A DNA stretch of 64,000 nucleotides, taken from assembly GCA_017516865.1 (NCBI GenBank), contig JAFXAU010000009.1, positions 151,498 to 215,497 of the forward strand, written 5' to 3'. The notes beneath the pieces were generated by a model. It did not search any database, had not been told where the DNA came from, and worked only from the letters and a program-made list of their open reading frames with translations. The position numbers and the translations under genes were made by a program. Positions 9,114 to 17,197 of the stretch are shown here, piece after piece (position 1 is the stretch's first letter; the number at the start of each line of letters is the position of its first letter). The stretch is from Bacteroidales bacterium (GTDB lineage: Bacteria > Bacteroidota > Bacteroidia > Bacteroidales > UBA1715).

Positions 9114-10304
9114 TCATTTCGTAATCATCACGTTATATCCTTTCGAATCAATACGCACAATATATTGCCCTACCGAAAGTGGCAAAGAAAATGAATCTTC
9201 ATCAACTTTGCGAGAAAAAATCAATTTCCCATCAATCGTAAAAATCGAAACGTGAGATTTTTTTACATGTTCAAAATGAATTTCTCCATTTTTCATAGAA
9301 AAAATCGGAGTTGAAAAATTTTCCGTAAAAGACACTCCGGATACCGTTCCCGTAATAACTTCCGTTGCATAATACGCAACATAACCGTGCGTTTCTGCAC
9401 CAATTTGAATATCAAGATTGCTGTTGTTGTTTACTTTTTTGAGCGATTCACAAAAATAAAAAGCCTTATCGTCAATCAAAGTCAAACTACTTGGCAACGT
9501 TACAGATGAAAGCAACGAACAATGACTAAAAGCATAACTTCCAATCGTTTTTAAACCATTGTTTAATGTTATTTTAGACAAACATTCACAACTGGAAAAT
9601 GCGGAATTCCCAATAGTTTGCAAAGAAGCCGGAAATTCTATTTCTTGCAAAGAAGAACAAGAACTAAAAGCATCTCTTTCAATAGAAGATACTCGATTTC
9701 CCATAACTACATTGTCCAACCAAATACAATTATTAAACGCACCATCTTTAATCGTCGTAACACTTTCTGGTATAATTACTTCTGTAATATTACAAGACTG
9801 AAAAGCCGAACTCGGTATTGTTGTAATTCCAGAATAAACCTCGATACTTCCACTTACTGCTCGTGGCACAAAAAACAAACTCAACGGATTTCGTTTATAC
9901 ATAACTTTATCATACATGAAAAAAGTCGAATTTCCTTCATCAATGTAAATTGTATGCAACGAATTACAAAGGGTAAACACTCCTGTACCAAATTCCGTAA
10001 CCGTGGCAGGAATTACTAAAATTTCCAACAATTTACTACCAATCAACGCATCATCATCAAATCCAATAACGGTATAAGTGTCGCCCTCATACACAACCGT
10101 TTCGGGAACATTGAGAATTCCTACATATTGTTCCTCTCCGGTGTAGTCATACATCCAATCATCTTCAGCTCCTTTATACGTTACTTTTGCCGTAAAATTT
10201 GTTTTATCAAAATTATAATAAATCCCATTAACTGACGTTTCTGACGCAACAATGGAAAATACATAACAAAAAGTAAATACTACTAAAAAACAAAATCTTT
10301 TCAT
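9114..10304 (-). CDS. BspA-type leucine-rich repeat protein with T9SS C-terminal sorting domain
   Basis: Signal peptide MKRFCFLVVFTFCYVFSIVA. Repeated ~23-aa units are of the form IP.SVT.I...AF..C..L..I. The C-terminal ~70 aa (HVSIFTIDGKLIFSRKV...GQYIVRIDSKGYNVMITK) are CTD-like. Confidence 0.75.
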   Translation of the reverse strand: MKRFCFLVVFTFCYVFSIVASETSVNGIYYNFDKTNFTAKVTYKGAEDDWMYDYTGEEQYVGILNVPETVVYEGDTYTVIGFDDDALIGSKLLEILVIPATVTEFGTGVFTLCNSLHTIYIDEGNSTFFMYDKVMYKRNPLSLFFVPRAVSGSIEVYSGITTIPSSAFQSCNITEVIIPESVTTIKDGAFNNCIWLDNVVMGNRVSSIERDAFSSCSSLQEIEFPASLQTIGNSAFSSCECLSKITLNNGLKTIGSYAFSHCSLLSSVTLPSSLTLIDDKAFYFCESLKKVNNNSNLDIQIGAETHGYVAYYATEVITGTVSGVSFTENFSTPIFSMKNGEIHFEHVKKSHVSIFTIDGKLIFSRKVDEDSFSLPLSVGQYIVRIDSKGYNVMITK

Positions 10305-10507
10305 ACGTAATTATTTTTTATAATGATTGATTTTTTTCAAAAATAAAATTGTCCCTCTTTGGTATTCTCTATAAAATTTTAATCTTTTAAAACTTTCGCA
10401 GATTCGTAAAATTCATTATCTACGTACAAAAATAAACAAAAATTCTCTAACGTTCCAAAATATTGAAATTTAATACAAATTCCTTTGAATATCTGGTATT
10501 TTATTTT

Positions 10508-10750
10508 CTAAACGTTTATCCCATCTTGAAAGTTGATTACAATAAACGCTTCACCAAACAAATCTTTTCGCAACACTTCATCATTTTTTATTGCTTCTGC
10601 ATAAGAACCACATGCCAGAATAACTACTTTAAATTGATTAAAAAAGTTTGTTTCTCGCATCCAATCTAATCTTTTCCTAATATTACTTTCAATTTCCTTA
10701 TGCTGTTCTTTTGTAAGATTCTTGTCATTAGGACGACATATCTCACACAT
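10508..10750 (-). CDS. Hypothetical protein, possibly a 5'-truncated gene remnant
   Basis: The listed 121-aa ORF begins inside a REP element (residues SSAGGRIANPTEQ are translated palindrome). The first Met outside the repeat is MCEICRPND at 10750. I recognise no family. Confidence 0.3.
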   Translation of the reverse strand: MCEICRPNDKNLTKEQHKEIESNIRKRLDWMRETNFFNQFKVVILACGSYAEAIKNDEVLRKDLFGEAFIVINFQDGINV

Positions 10751-10776
10751 TTCCGTGATAAAACAATCATTGAAAA

Positions 10777-10826
10777 GGCTGGATTGTTCGGTCGGATTTG
10801 CAATCCGACCGCCAGCCGAACTGGTG
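10777..10826. repeat. Nested REP-like element (type 1 palindrome inside a type 3 hairpin)
   Basis: The sequence is ggctggatt[gttcggtcggatttgcaatccgaccg]ccagccgaactgg. The copy at 9031-9058 reads ggctggatt[acaaat]ccagccgaactgg. The type 1 unit therefore occupies the loop position of a type 3 unit. Confidence 0.75.
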
Positions 10827-10963
10827 TTGATTGAAATTAAATAAAACCAGATAACTATATTATTATAGTTCATTTCAATGAGAACGACTATCTTTATGCC
10901 CAGATATGCATAAGATACTCTTTGGTGACATATGATTACTTTTTCAACAGATAGAAGAATAAG

Positions 10964-11305
10964 ATGAATATAGAGGATTATCGTGAGTACTGCCTGTCGT
11001 TGGGTTCAGACGTGGAAGAGAAATTACCTTTCACAGCTTTACAGTATGCTTCTGGTGTTTTGGTTTTTTACGTGCACGGTCACATGTTTTCTTTTTTCGA
11101 TTGCGATAATTTCAGCATAGTCACTCTCAAATGTCAACCAGATCGGATAGAAGAACTGAAAGCAAAGTATAGTTGCATTGGCAAACCATTCAATCTGTCA
11201 ACTAAGTATTGGATAGGTGTAGACGCAAATACAGCTCCCGATGCACTCCTTCAGGAACTTACACGCAACTCTTACGAGATTGTAAAAGCAAAATACAAGA
11301 AATAA
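10964..11305 (+). CDS. YjbR/MmcQ family DNA-binding protein
   Basis: 113 aa. The N-terminal IEDYREYCLSLGSDVEEKLPF and the overall length and pattern are typical of YjbR/MmcQ (PF04237-like). Confidence 0.7.
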   Translation: MNIEDYREYCLSLGSDVEEKLPFTALQYASGVLVFYVHGHMFSFFDCDNFSIVTLKCQPDRIEELKAKYSCIGKPFNLSTKYWIGVDANTAPDALLQELTRNSYEIVKAKYKK

Positions 11306-11322
11306 AAATTGACATACGCAGA

Positions 11323-11363
11323 TTTTCTGTTCGGGCGGATTTGCAATCCGACCGAACAGAAAA
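11323..11363. repeat. Extended REP-like palindrome (19-bp arms), terminator-like
   Basis: ttttctgttcgggcggatt-tgc-aatccgaccgaacagaaaa with one mismatch. It lies 18 nt after the yjbR-like stop codon. Confidence 0.8.
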
Positions 11364-11551
11364 GTGTACCATTATTTCTTTACGGCATAAATTCGATATA
11401 TATGCCAAATTTTTCTATCTTTAGGAAAAGAATTATTGTTTTTTTCCTATTTTTACACCAATGCCTATTCAACAAAATAGGCTGATTAGAAATTAAAGTG
11501 GTCTTTCCAATATTATTAAAACTAAAGAGGAATTTTTAATAAAAGGTGTGT

Positions 11552-12067
11552 ATGAAAGATGTATTAAAAGACTTTGTGAAAAAACTTTTGGCAGAAAAAC
11601 ATTATTCTGAAGAAGTTCAAAATATTTTGAACCTAATTTTGAATGATAAGATGTTTTTCCCTGAAATAAAATCAATTATTGATAAAAGTTCATCTGACAA
11701 GATAGAAATCAAAAAGGAACTTGCCAATGTAGTATATGACTATATTGAATTGTGTTTGGAAGATGGTCTTGTAACAAAAGAAGAATTTACAACGGTAAAA
11801 AAAATGAGATTGTTTTTTGACATCGAAGAAGGTGATTCTTATAAATTTGGCTTAAAAGCAAGAATAGAACAATTATTAACAATTGAACTTGATAAGATGT
11901 ATGCAGACAAGGTTGTTAATGAAGAAGAAGCACTTACAAAAGTTGAATTACAGGCGTTATTCGGATTATGTTATGAAGATTTCTATGAAATAGATAAAAA
12001 GATTGCCCAAAAAGCAATCAATAATGGAGCAAAAATGAAAGATTTAGGAACGTATTTTGATGTGTAA
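11552..12067 (+). CDS. Hypothetical protein, weak TerB-like signature; first gene of the 7-gene operon
   Basis: ATG at 11552 is preferred over GTG at 11546. The stretch LEDGLVTKEEFTTVKKMRLFFDI resembles the ADG..E...L helix pair of TerB-type domains. The stop is fused to the next start (TAAATG at 12065-12070). Confidence 0.4.
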   Translation: MKDVLKDFVKKLLAEKHYSEEVQNILNLILNDKMFFPEIKSIIDKSSSDKIEIKKELANVVYDYIELCLEDGLVTKEEFTTVKKMRLFFDIEEGDSYKFGLKARIEQLLTIELDKMYADKVVNEEEALTKVELQALFGLCYEDFYEIDKKIAQKAINNGAKMKDLGTYFDV

Positions 12068-13936
12068 ATGGCTTGGTCTTTTAGAAAACGGATAAAGATT
12101 GCTCCTGGCGTTCATATGAATGTAGGGAAAAACGGACCCAGTTTCTCTGTTGGCGGGAAAGGAATGAGTGTAACCTATGGAAAAAACGGAACATATTTAA
12201 ATTCAAACATACCAGGAACAGGATTGCGCAATAGACAAAAAATCGCTGATGGAAAAATAAATGATATCAACGCATCTCAATTTATGGAGAATAAAAAATC
12301 TGAAAACTCAGGATGTTTGCTTAATGCAGCTTGGCTTTTATCATGGATAATGTTGATAATTGTTACTTTACTTATATTTGCTTTTAGTTCTACTTGGGGA
12401 ATAATTTTTATTCTTGGTATAGTAGGATTAAAAATTGTAATCAACAAAAAGGAAGAAAAGCCTTCGGAGGAAGTAAAACAAAGTACACCTCTGAAAATGA
12501 ATATTTCTGATGAATTTGACAATAGAACTATTACGAAGGATTATTTTTTTGCTGTTACATCAGAAATTGAAAAAATAATTCTATTTCTTGATATTTTGTG
12601 CCAAGACCAAGATTTTTTTGTTTTTTTAAAAACCGTAAATGGTTTAAACATATCGATACAAGGAAGAACTGCAAAGACGGAAGAGCAACTGCGAGTTCTG
12701 ATTTTGACGGATATGACAAAATGTCTTGTGGAATTGGATCACAAAGTGAATGTAAAAGAGAAAGAATGTTTTGGGTTATTTTATTTCTTTTGTCGTACAA
12801 ACGGCATGGATAGATTTGAATACGATAAACTGGATTTTATCATGAAGAAAAATGTGTGTGAATCCGTAGAAGATGTAATACAACAAATAATTTCTTCTAT
12901 AAATATGAATCAACCTGTAGAGGAAATATTTTTGTTATCCACTCTATTAAAAGATTATAACACTGATTTGAGAGATAAATATCTTGTTATGTTATATCGT
13001 TATGCGTCCTTAACCGCAAAGGCTGATGGCGTTGTTAATGAGAAGGAATCAGAATGGTTGAGTAAAATACTAAGCTTGTCGGAGAAAAATGTTAACAATA
13101 CAACTGAAAATTCTTCGACAATTCAAAGGAGTAAGAATCAACAAAAACTACCACAACTAAAATCGTTAATAGGATTATTTTCGGTAAAAAAAGAAATAGA
13201 ATCACTAACAAATCTCATAAAAATCCAACAAGAAAGAGAAGCAAAAGGTTTGAAAAACTCCGCCGTTTCATATCATTGTGTATTCACCGGAAATCCTGGT
13301 ACTGGAAAAACAACTGTTGCAAGAATCGTGGCGAGTATATATAAAAAACTTGGTATTTTGAAAAAAGGACACCTTGTGGAAACAGACAGGTCGGGATTGG
13401 TCGCCGAATATGTCGGACAAACTGCAGTGAAAACAAATAAGATAATTGATAGTGCATTAGATGGTGTATTGTTTATTGATGAGGCATATTCTTTGATTTC
13501 GTCGAGTGAGAATGATTATGGGAAAGAAGCCGTTGCCACATTGTTAAAAAGACTAGAAGATAATCGGGATAGATTGGTTGTTATTCTCGCTGGATATTCA
13601 AATGAAATGCAACACTTTATTGATTCAAATCCTGGACTTCAATCAAGGTTTAACAGATATATAGAATTTCCTGATTACTCGGCAGATGAATTATATCAGA
13701 TCTTTGAAAAAAATGCAAAAGATTTTGATTATACAATTTCAGAAGAAGCAGAGAAGCGGTTGAAAGCATTATTAATAAATGAAGTTGCGAACAAAGATAA
13801 GAATTTTGGCAATGCCCGTTTTGTACGCAATTTATTTGAACGGACTATAGAACGACAGGCAAATAGATTGTCAAAAGAAAGCAATCTGACTGACAAAAAA
13901 TTAGCGGAGATTTGTTCTGTTGATATTCCAATGTAA
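12068..13936 (+). CDS. DUF4236 - 2 TM - TerB-like - AAA+ ATPase (CbxX/SpoVK-type)
   Basis: The N-terminus MAWSFRKRIKIAPGVHMNVGKNGPSFSVGGKGMSV..IPGTGL matches the DUF4236 pattern. A hydrophobic stretch LLNAAWLLSWIMLIIVTLLIFAFSSTWGIIFILGIVGLKIVI follows. LYRYASLTAKADGVVNEKESEWLSKIL is TerB-like. Walker A GNPGTGKT lies at nt 13289-13312 and Walker B is VLFIDEAYSL. The C-terminal half as a whole is CbxX/SpoVK-like. Confidence 0.75.
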   Translation: MAWSFRKRIKIAPGVHMNVGKNGPSFSVGGKGMSVTYGKNGTYLNSNIPGTGLRNRQKIADGKINDINASQFMENKKSENSGCLLNAAWLLSWIMLIIVTLLIFAFSSTWGIIFILGIVGLKIVINKKEEKPSEEVKQSTPLKMNISDEFDNRTITKDYFFAVTSEIEKIILFLDILCQDQDFFVFLKTVNGLNISIQGRTAKTEEQLRVLILTDMTKCLVELDHKVNVKEKECFGLFYFFCRTNGMDRFEYDKLDFIMKKNVCESVEDVIQQIISSINMNQPVEEIFLLSTLLKDYNTDLRDKYLVMLYRYASLTAKADGVVNEKESEWLSKILSLSEKNVNNTTENSSTIQRSKNQQKLPQLKSLIGLFSVKKEIESLTNLIKIQQEREAKGLKNSAVSYHCVFTGNPGTGKTTVARIVASIYKKLGILKKGHLVETDRSGLVAEYVGQTAVKTNKIIDSALDGVLFIDEAYSLISSSENDYGKEAVATLLKRLEDNRDRLVVILAGYSNEMQHFIDSNPGLQSRFNRYIEFPDYSADELYQIFEKNAKDFDYTISEEAEKRLKALLINEVANKDKNFGNARFVRNLFERTIERQANRLSKESNLTDKKLAEICSVDIPM

Positions 13937-13948
13937 AATGTATGTACT

Positions 13949-14791
13949 ATGGCGTCTGTTGAGAAATCACTAAAAATCAATTGTTTTATGGTTGTAATCG
14001 GTACCATAATACTAATTTTTTTACTATCAAATGAAACAAATGATACCGATAAATTTGATTTTACAAGTCCAGGAGCGAATATTCAACATAATGAAAAGAT
14101 AGAAATTCCCACAAAAATCAAAAATAGGACTGAACAAATCATAACTCATATAGGTTATACGGTAAGTTATAATTCCGATTGGAAAATCCCTAATTGGGTT
14201 GCATACGAACTAACAAAAGAAGAGGCAGAAGGCACTGTGTCACGTGCCACAGCGTTTGTCCCCGACCCCAAAGTCCCTTATGGTAAATCGGCGGAAACAT
14301 ATGATTATTCAAATTCTGGTTGGGATAGAGGACATATGGCTCCTGCAGGTGATATGAAATGGAGTGTTGATGCGATGAAAGAATCCTTTTACCTTTCAAA
14401 TATCTGTCCACAAAATAAGAATCTCAATAGTGGTATTTGGAATGATTTAGAGGTACAAGTACGAGAATTGGCACGTCAAAAAGGGAAAATCTATGTGGTT
14501 TGTGGTCCTATTGTGTCGAAAAATCCTAAAACAATCGGAACTAACAAAGTTGCAATTCCCGATGCTTTCTTTAAAGCGTTGCTACAAAATGATAATGAAG
14601 AATGGTGTGCTATTGCATTTATGTTTGCCAATGTTAGTGGACGAAAACCACTTGCTTCGTATGCTATGAGCGTTGAAGATTTGCAGGCTATTACAGATAT
14701 TGATTTCTTTCCTTCTTTACCCGATAGCATAGAACAAATGGTGGAAAGTAAAGTTGACTTCACGAAATGGAATATTAAATCAAATAAATAA
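13949..14791 (+). CDS. Membrane-anchored/secreted DNA/RNA non-specific endonuclease (NucA/Serratia-type beta-beta-alpha-Me)
   Basis: N-terminal anchor INCFMVVIGTIILIFLLS. Active-site motif DRGHMAP lies at nt 14324-14344. The downstream NICPQNKNLNSGIWNDLE matches the Mg-ligand Asn region of the family. Confidence 0.85.
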   Translation: MASVEKSLKINCFMVVIGTIILIFLLSNETNDTDKFDFTSPGANIQHNEKIEIPTKIKNRTEQIITHIGYTVSYNSDWKIPNWVAYELTKEEAEGTVSRATAFVPDPKVPYGKSAETYDYSNSGWDRGHMAPAGDMKWSVDAMKESFYLSNICPQNKNLNSGIWNDLEVQVRELARQKGKIYVVCGPIVSKNPKTIGTNKVAIPDAFFKALLQNDNEEWCAIAFMFANVSGRKPLASYAMSVEDLQAITDIDFFPSLPDSIEQMVESKVDFTKWNIKSNK

Positions 14792-14798
14792 TCGGAAT

Positions 14799-15464
14799 AT
14801 GAAAAGTAAATTCAAAAGCATATTAGGTGCATTGCTTGTGACGGCAACAGCCAAAGTTATGGCAAATCCCCAAATAGACGCTTCGTCTGTTGCTACACAA
14901 TCCGACAATAATAACGATAATAATGTGGAATTGAAAAAAGGGAAACAGAAACTTCTACAAAAATATATCATAAAATTCCATACTGATAATACTTACGGCA
15001 TTTTCGGGCACCGTAGCCATAGTTCCCATCGTAGTCACAGTTCTCATCGTTCTTCAAGTTCGGGAAGTTATTATTCTCCGTCAAGTAGCTCAAAATCTTA
15101 TTCGGGTAGTAGTTATTCGTCTGGCTCATCAAGTAGTAGTACATCATCCTCAAGCAAGACGACTACATCGAGTTCCTTTAAATCCTATAATGTCACTAAT
15201 GCTTCAGAAGCAAAAATTTGTAATTTAGGAGATAGAACAATTTCATTAGGTTCGTGTGGTACTGATGTGAAAGTGCTTGCCTCATTGTTGGTAAAACACG
15301 GTTATCTTGCCGAAAGTGATATAGAAACAAATGCCGATGGTTATACAATCTGTAATGCGGCAATGGTAACTGCCATCAAAAAATTCCAAAAAGATGCAGG
15401 ATTAACCGTTGATGGCTACGCAGGTGCTACGACAATAACAATGTTGAAGAATTGGAAGAAATAA
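14799..15464 (+). CDS. hxsA: His-Xaa-Ser repeat protein HxsA-like, with signal peptide, poly-Ser tract and C-terminal peptidoglycan-binding domain
   Basis: The start is moved to MKSKFKSILGALLVTATAKVMA (signal peptide). There are five consecutive HxS triplets, HRSHSSHRSHSSHRS (nt 15009-15053), followed by a ~45-aa Ser/Tyr-rich tract. The C-terminus GTDVKVLASLLVKHGYL...AIKKFQKDAGLTVDGYAGATTITML is PG_binding_1-like. Confidence 0.75.
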   Translation: MKSKFKSILGALLVTATAKVMANPQIDASSVATQSDNNNDNNVELKKGKQKLLQKYIIKFHTDNTYGIFGHRSHSSHRSHSSHRSSSSGSYYSPSSSSKSYSGSSYSSGSSSSSTSSSSKTTTSSSFKSYNVTNASEAKICNLGDRTISLGSCGTDVKVLASLLVKHGYLAESDIETNADGYTICNAAMVTAIKKFQKDAGLTVDGYAGATTITMLKNWKK

Positions 15465-15471
15465 AAGTAAA

Positions 15472-15783
15472 ATGGTTCAGTCATTTTCAATAGAAGTGAA
15501 TCGTAATGTGTACGATGACGTTGTTATAAGTCAAGTTGTGTATTGGCATTCCGATGACTTTGTAATTACTCGAAACGTGAATGATAATACGGAAACTATT
15601 ACATTACATCCGAGAGATATCCATATAACAAATGAAGAAAAAGAAAGAGTTCTACAACAATTCCAACAAGATTTGAATGATTTTAAATTACGGCAAATTG
15701 TAGCACAGGAAACAAAAGATATTCGTACTATTCTGTACATCAAAGCATTTGCAAACAACGATGATTTTGTAGATTATGAGTAG
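15472..15783 (+). CDS. hxsD: His-Xaa-Ser system protein HxsD-like
   Basis: 103 aa. The motif DLNDFKLRQ resembles the LLNDYxLRE signature that names TIGR03976. The position immediately before the two radical SAM genes also fits. Confidence 0.65.
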   Translation: MVQSFSIEVNRNVYDDVVISQVVYWHSDDFVITRNVNDNTETITLHPRDIHITNEEKERVLQQFQQDLNDFKLRQIVAQETKDIRTILYIKAFANNDDFVDYE

Positions 15784-17197
15784 TGCTTCGTATTATTTGT
15801 TGCCCTTCTATTTCCGACGGCTAAATCACAAGGAAATCCTTGTTAATGAAGTTGGGGATTATATAGTTGCCCCACAAGGGACTGTAGAACGAATAGTTTA
15901 TCGAAAGATAGAAGAAAAGGAAGACTTGTTTCACGATTTATTAGCCAACTATATTATCAGTCTAACACCAATTCCCGACCTAATAGATATATACGCAGTA
16001 AGATTACGAACAAAGAAATCGTTTTTAGATGGTTTTACAGCCCTGCACATATTTGTATTGACATTGCGTTGCAATCAGAATTGTGTTTATTGTCAAGCAT
16101 CAAGTCAAAAAGAAAATGCTTGTTACAAGGATATGCAAGTAGAAGATTTGAGAAAATCAGTAGAACTGATGTTTAAATCTCCTTCACAGCATCTGACAAT
16201 GGAATTTCAAGGTGGCGAGCCAACTCTAACACCTCATTTGATTCGAATTGCAGCGGAATATGCTTCGCAAATCAATCTAACTCAAAAAAGAGAACTCACT
16301 TTTGTCCTTTGCACGAATTGCGTAAATTTAACTGATGAGGTCTTGGAAATCTGTAAGCAGTACAATATTCTTATTTCAACATCGTTAGATGGACCTGCAA
16401 CATTACACAATCGCAATAGAGGTAAAAATGATAGTTATGAAAAAGTGATTGCAGGTATAGAAAAAGCCCGAACCCTTTTGGGTATGGATAAAGTTTCTGC
16501 TTTGATGACGACATCCATTGAAGCATTACAATACTCAAAAGAAATAGTCGATTCTTATATAGAAAACAATTTTCATAGCATATTTATTCGGGCGTTGAAT
16601 CCATATGGCTTGGCTGTAGAAAACACCAATTGGGAAGATTACAATTCTCGCTTTATAGATTTTTATAAAACAACATTGGAATATATTCTTGAAATCAACA
16701 AAAAAGGAGTATTCTTTGTTGAGGAATTTGCTTGTCTTGTTTTACGAAAAATACTGACACCATTCCCTATTGGTTTTGTTGATTTACAATCTCCTGCAGG
16801 GGTGATAAATAGTGTGATAGTCTATAATTATGATGGATATGTTTACGCTTCTGACGAATCCCGAATGTTGGCAGAAAAACAGGATTTTACATTTCGTTTG
16901 GGCAAAATAAGCGATACATATGAGAATATTTTCTATGGGGAGAAATCTCAAAAAATATCACAAACTTGGTCTAATGAGTGTCTTGCAGGCTGTTCCAATT
17001 GTTCATATCAGTCCTATTGTGGAGCCGACCCAGTGAGAAATTACTCCACACAGGGTGATATGTATGGACATCGCCCAACGTCATTGCTATGTAAAAAGTA
17101 TAAATCCATTATTGATTATATTTTTTTACTATTGATGGAAAGAGAAAACGAGGTTTTACCTATTTTTAAGTCGTGGATAAATAAAACTGATGCATAG
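15776..17197 (+). CDS. hxsB: His-Xaa-Ser system radical SAM/SPASM maturase HxsB-like
   Basis: CX3CX2C motif CNQNCVYC lies at nt 16070-16093. A GGEPTL motif is present. The C-terminal Cys cluster CLAGCSNCSYQSYCGADP...LCKKYK is SPASM-like. The gene overlaps hxsD by 8 nt. Confidence 0.8.
   Translation: MSSASYYLLPFYFRRLNHKEILVNEVGDYIVAPQGTVERIVYRKIEEKEDLFHDLLANYIISLTPIPDLIDIYAVRLRTKKSFLDGFTALHIFVLTLRCNQNCVYCQASSQKENACYKDMQVEDLRKSVELMFKSPSQHLTMEFQGGEPTLTPHLIRIAAEYASQINLTQKRELTFVLCTNCVNLTDEVLEICKQYNILISTSLDGPATLHNRNRGKNDSYEKVIAGIEKARTLLGMDKVSALMTTSIEALQYSKEIVDSYIENNFHSIFIRALNPYGLAVENTNWEDYNSRFIDFYKTTLEYILEINKKGVFFVEEFACLVLRKILTPFPIGFVDLQSPAGVINSVIVYNYDGYVYASDESRMLAEKQDFTFRLGKISDTYENIFYGEKSQKISQTWSNECLAGCSNCSYQSYCGADPVRNYSTQGDMYGHRPTSLLCKKYKSIIDYIFLLLMERENEVLPIFKSWINKTDA

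Noticed and set aside
8423-9255. Short ORFs across the repeat-rich regions: 8423..8638, 8578..8766, 8962..9255, 11209..11424, 18075..18302, 18257..18472, 19991..20209 and 19786..20022.
   Set aside because: Their recurring peptide strings (SDLQSDR, GRIANPxEQ, GWITNPAE, GLQIQQNE) are simply translations of the REP-like palindromes in different frames. They have no start context and no conservation logic.
15009-15180. His/Ser-rich low-complexity tract, considered as a sign of a spurious or degraded ORF.
   Set aside because: The strict three-residue HxS periodicity, the signal peptide, the folded-looking C-terminal domain and the adjacent HxsD/B/C genes all argue for a genuine HxsA-type protein.
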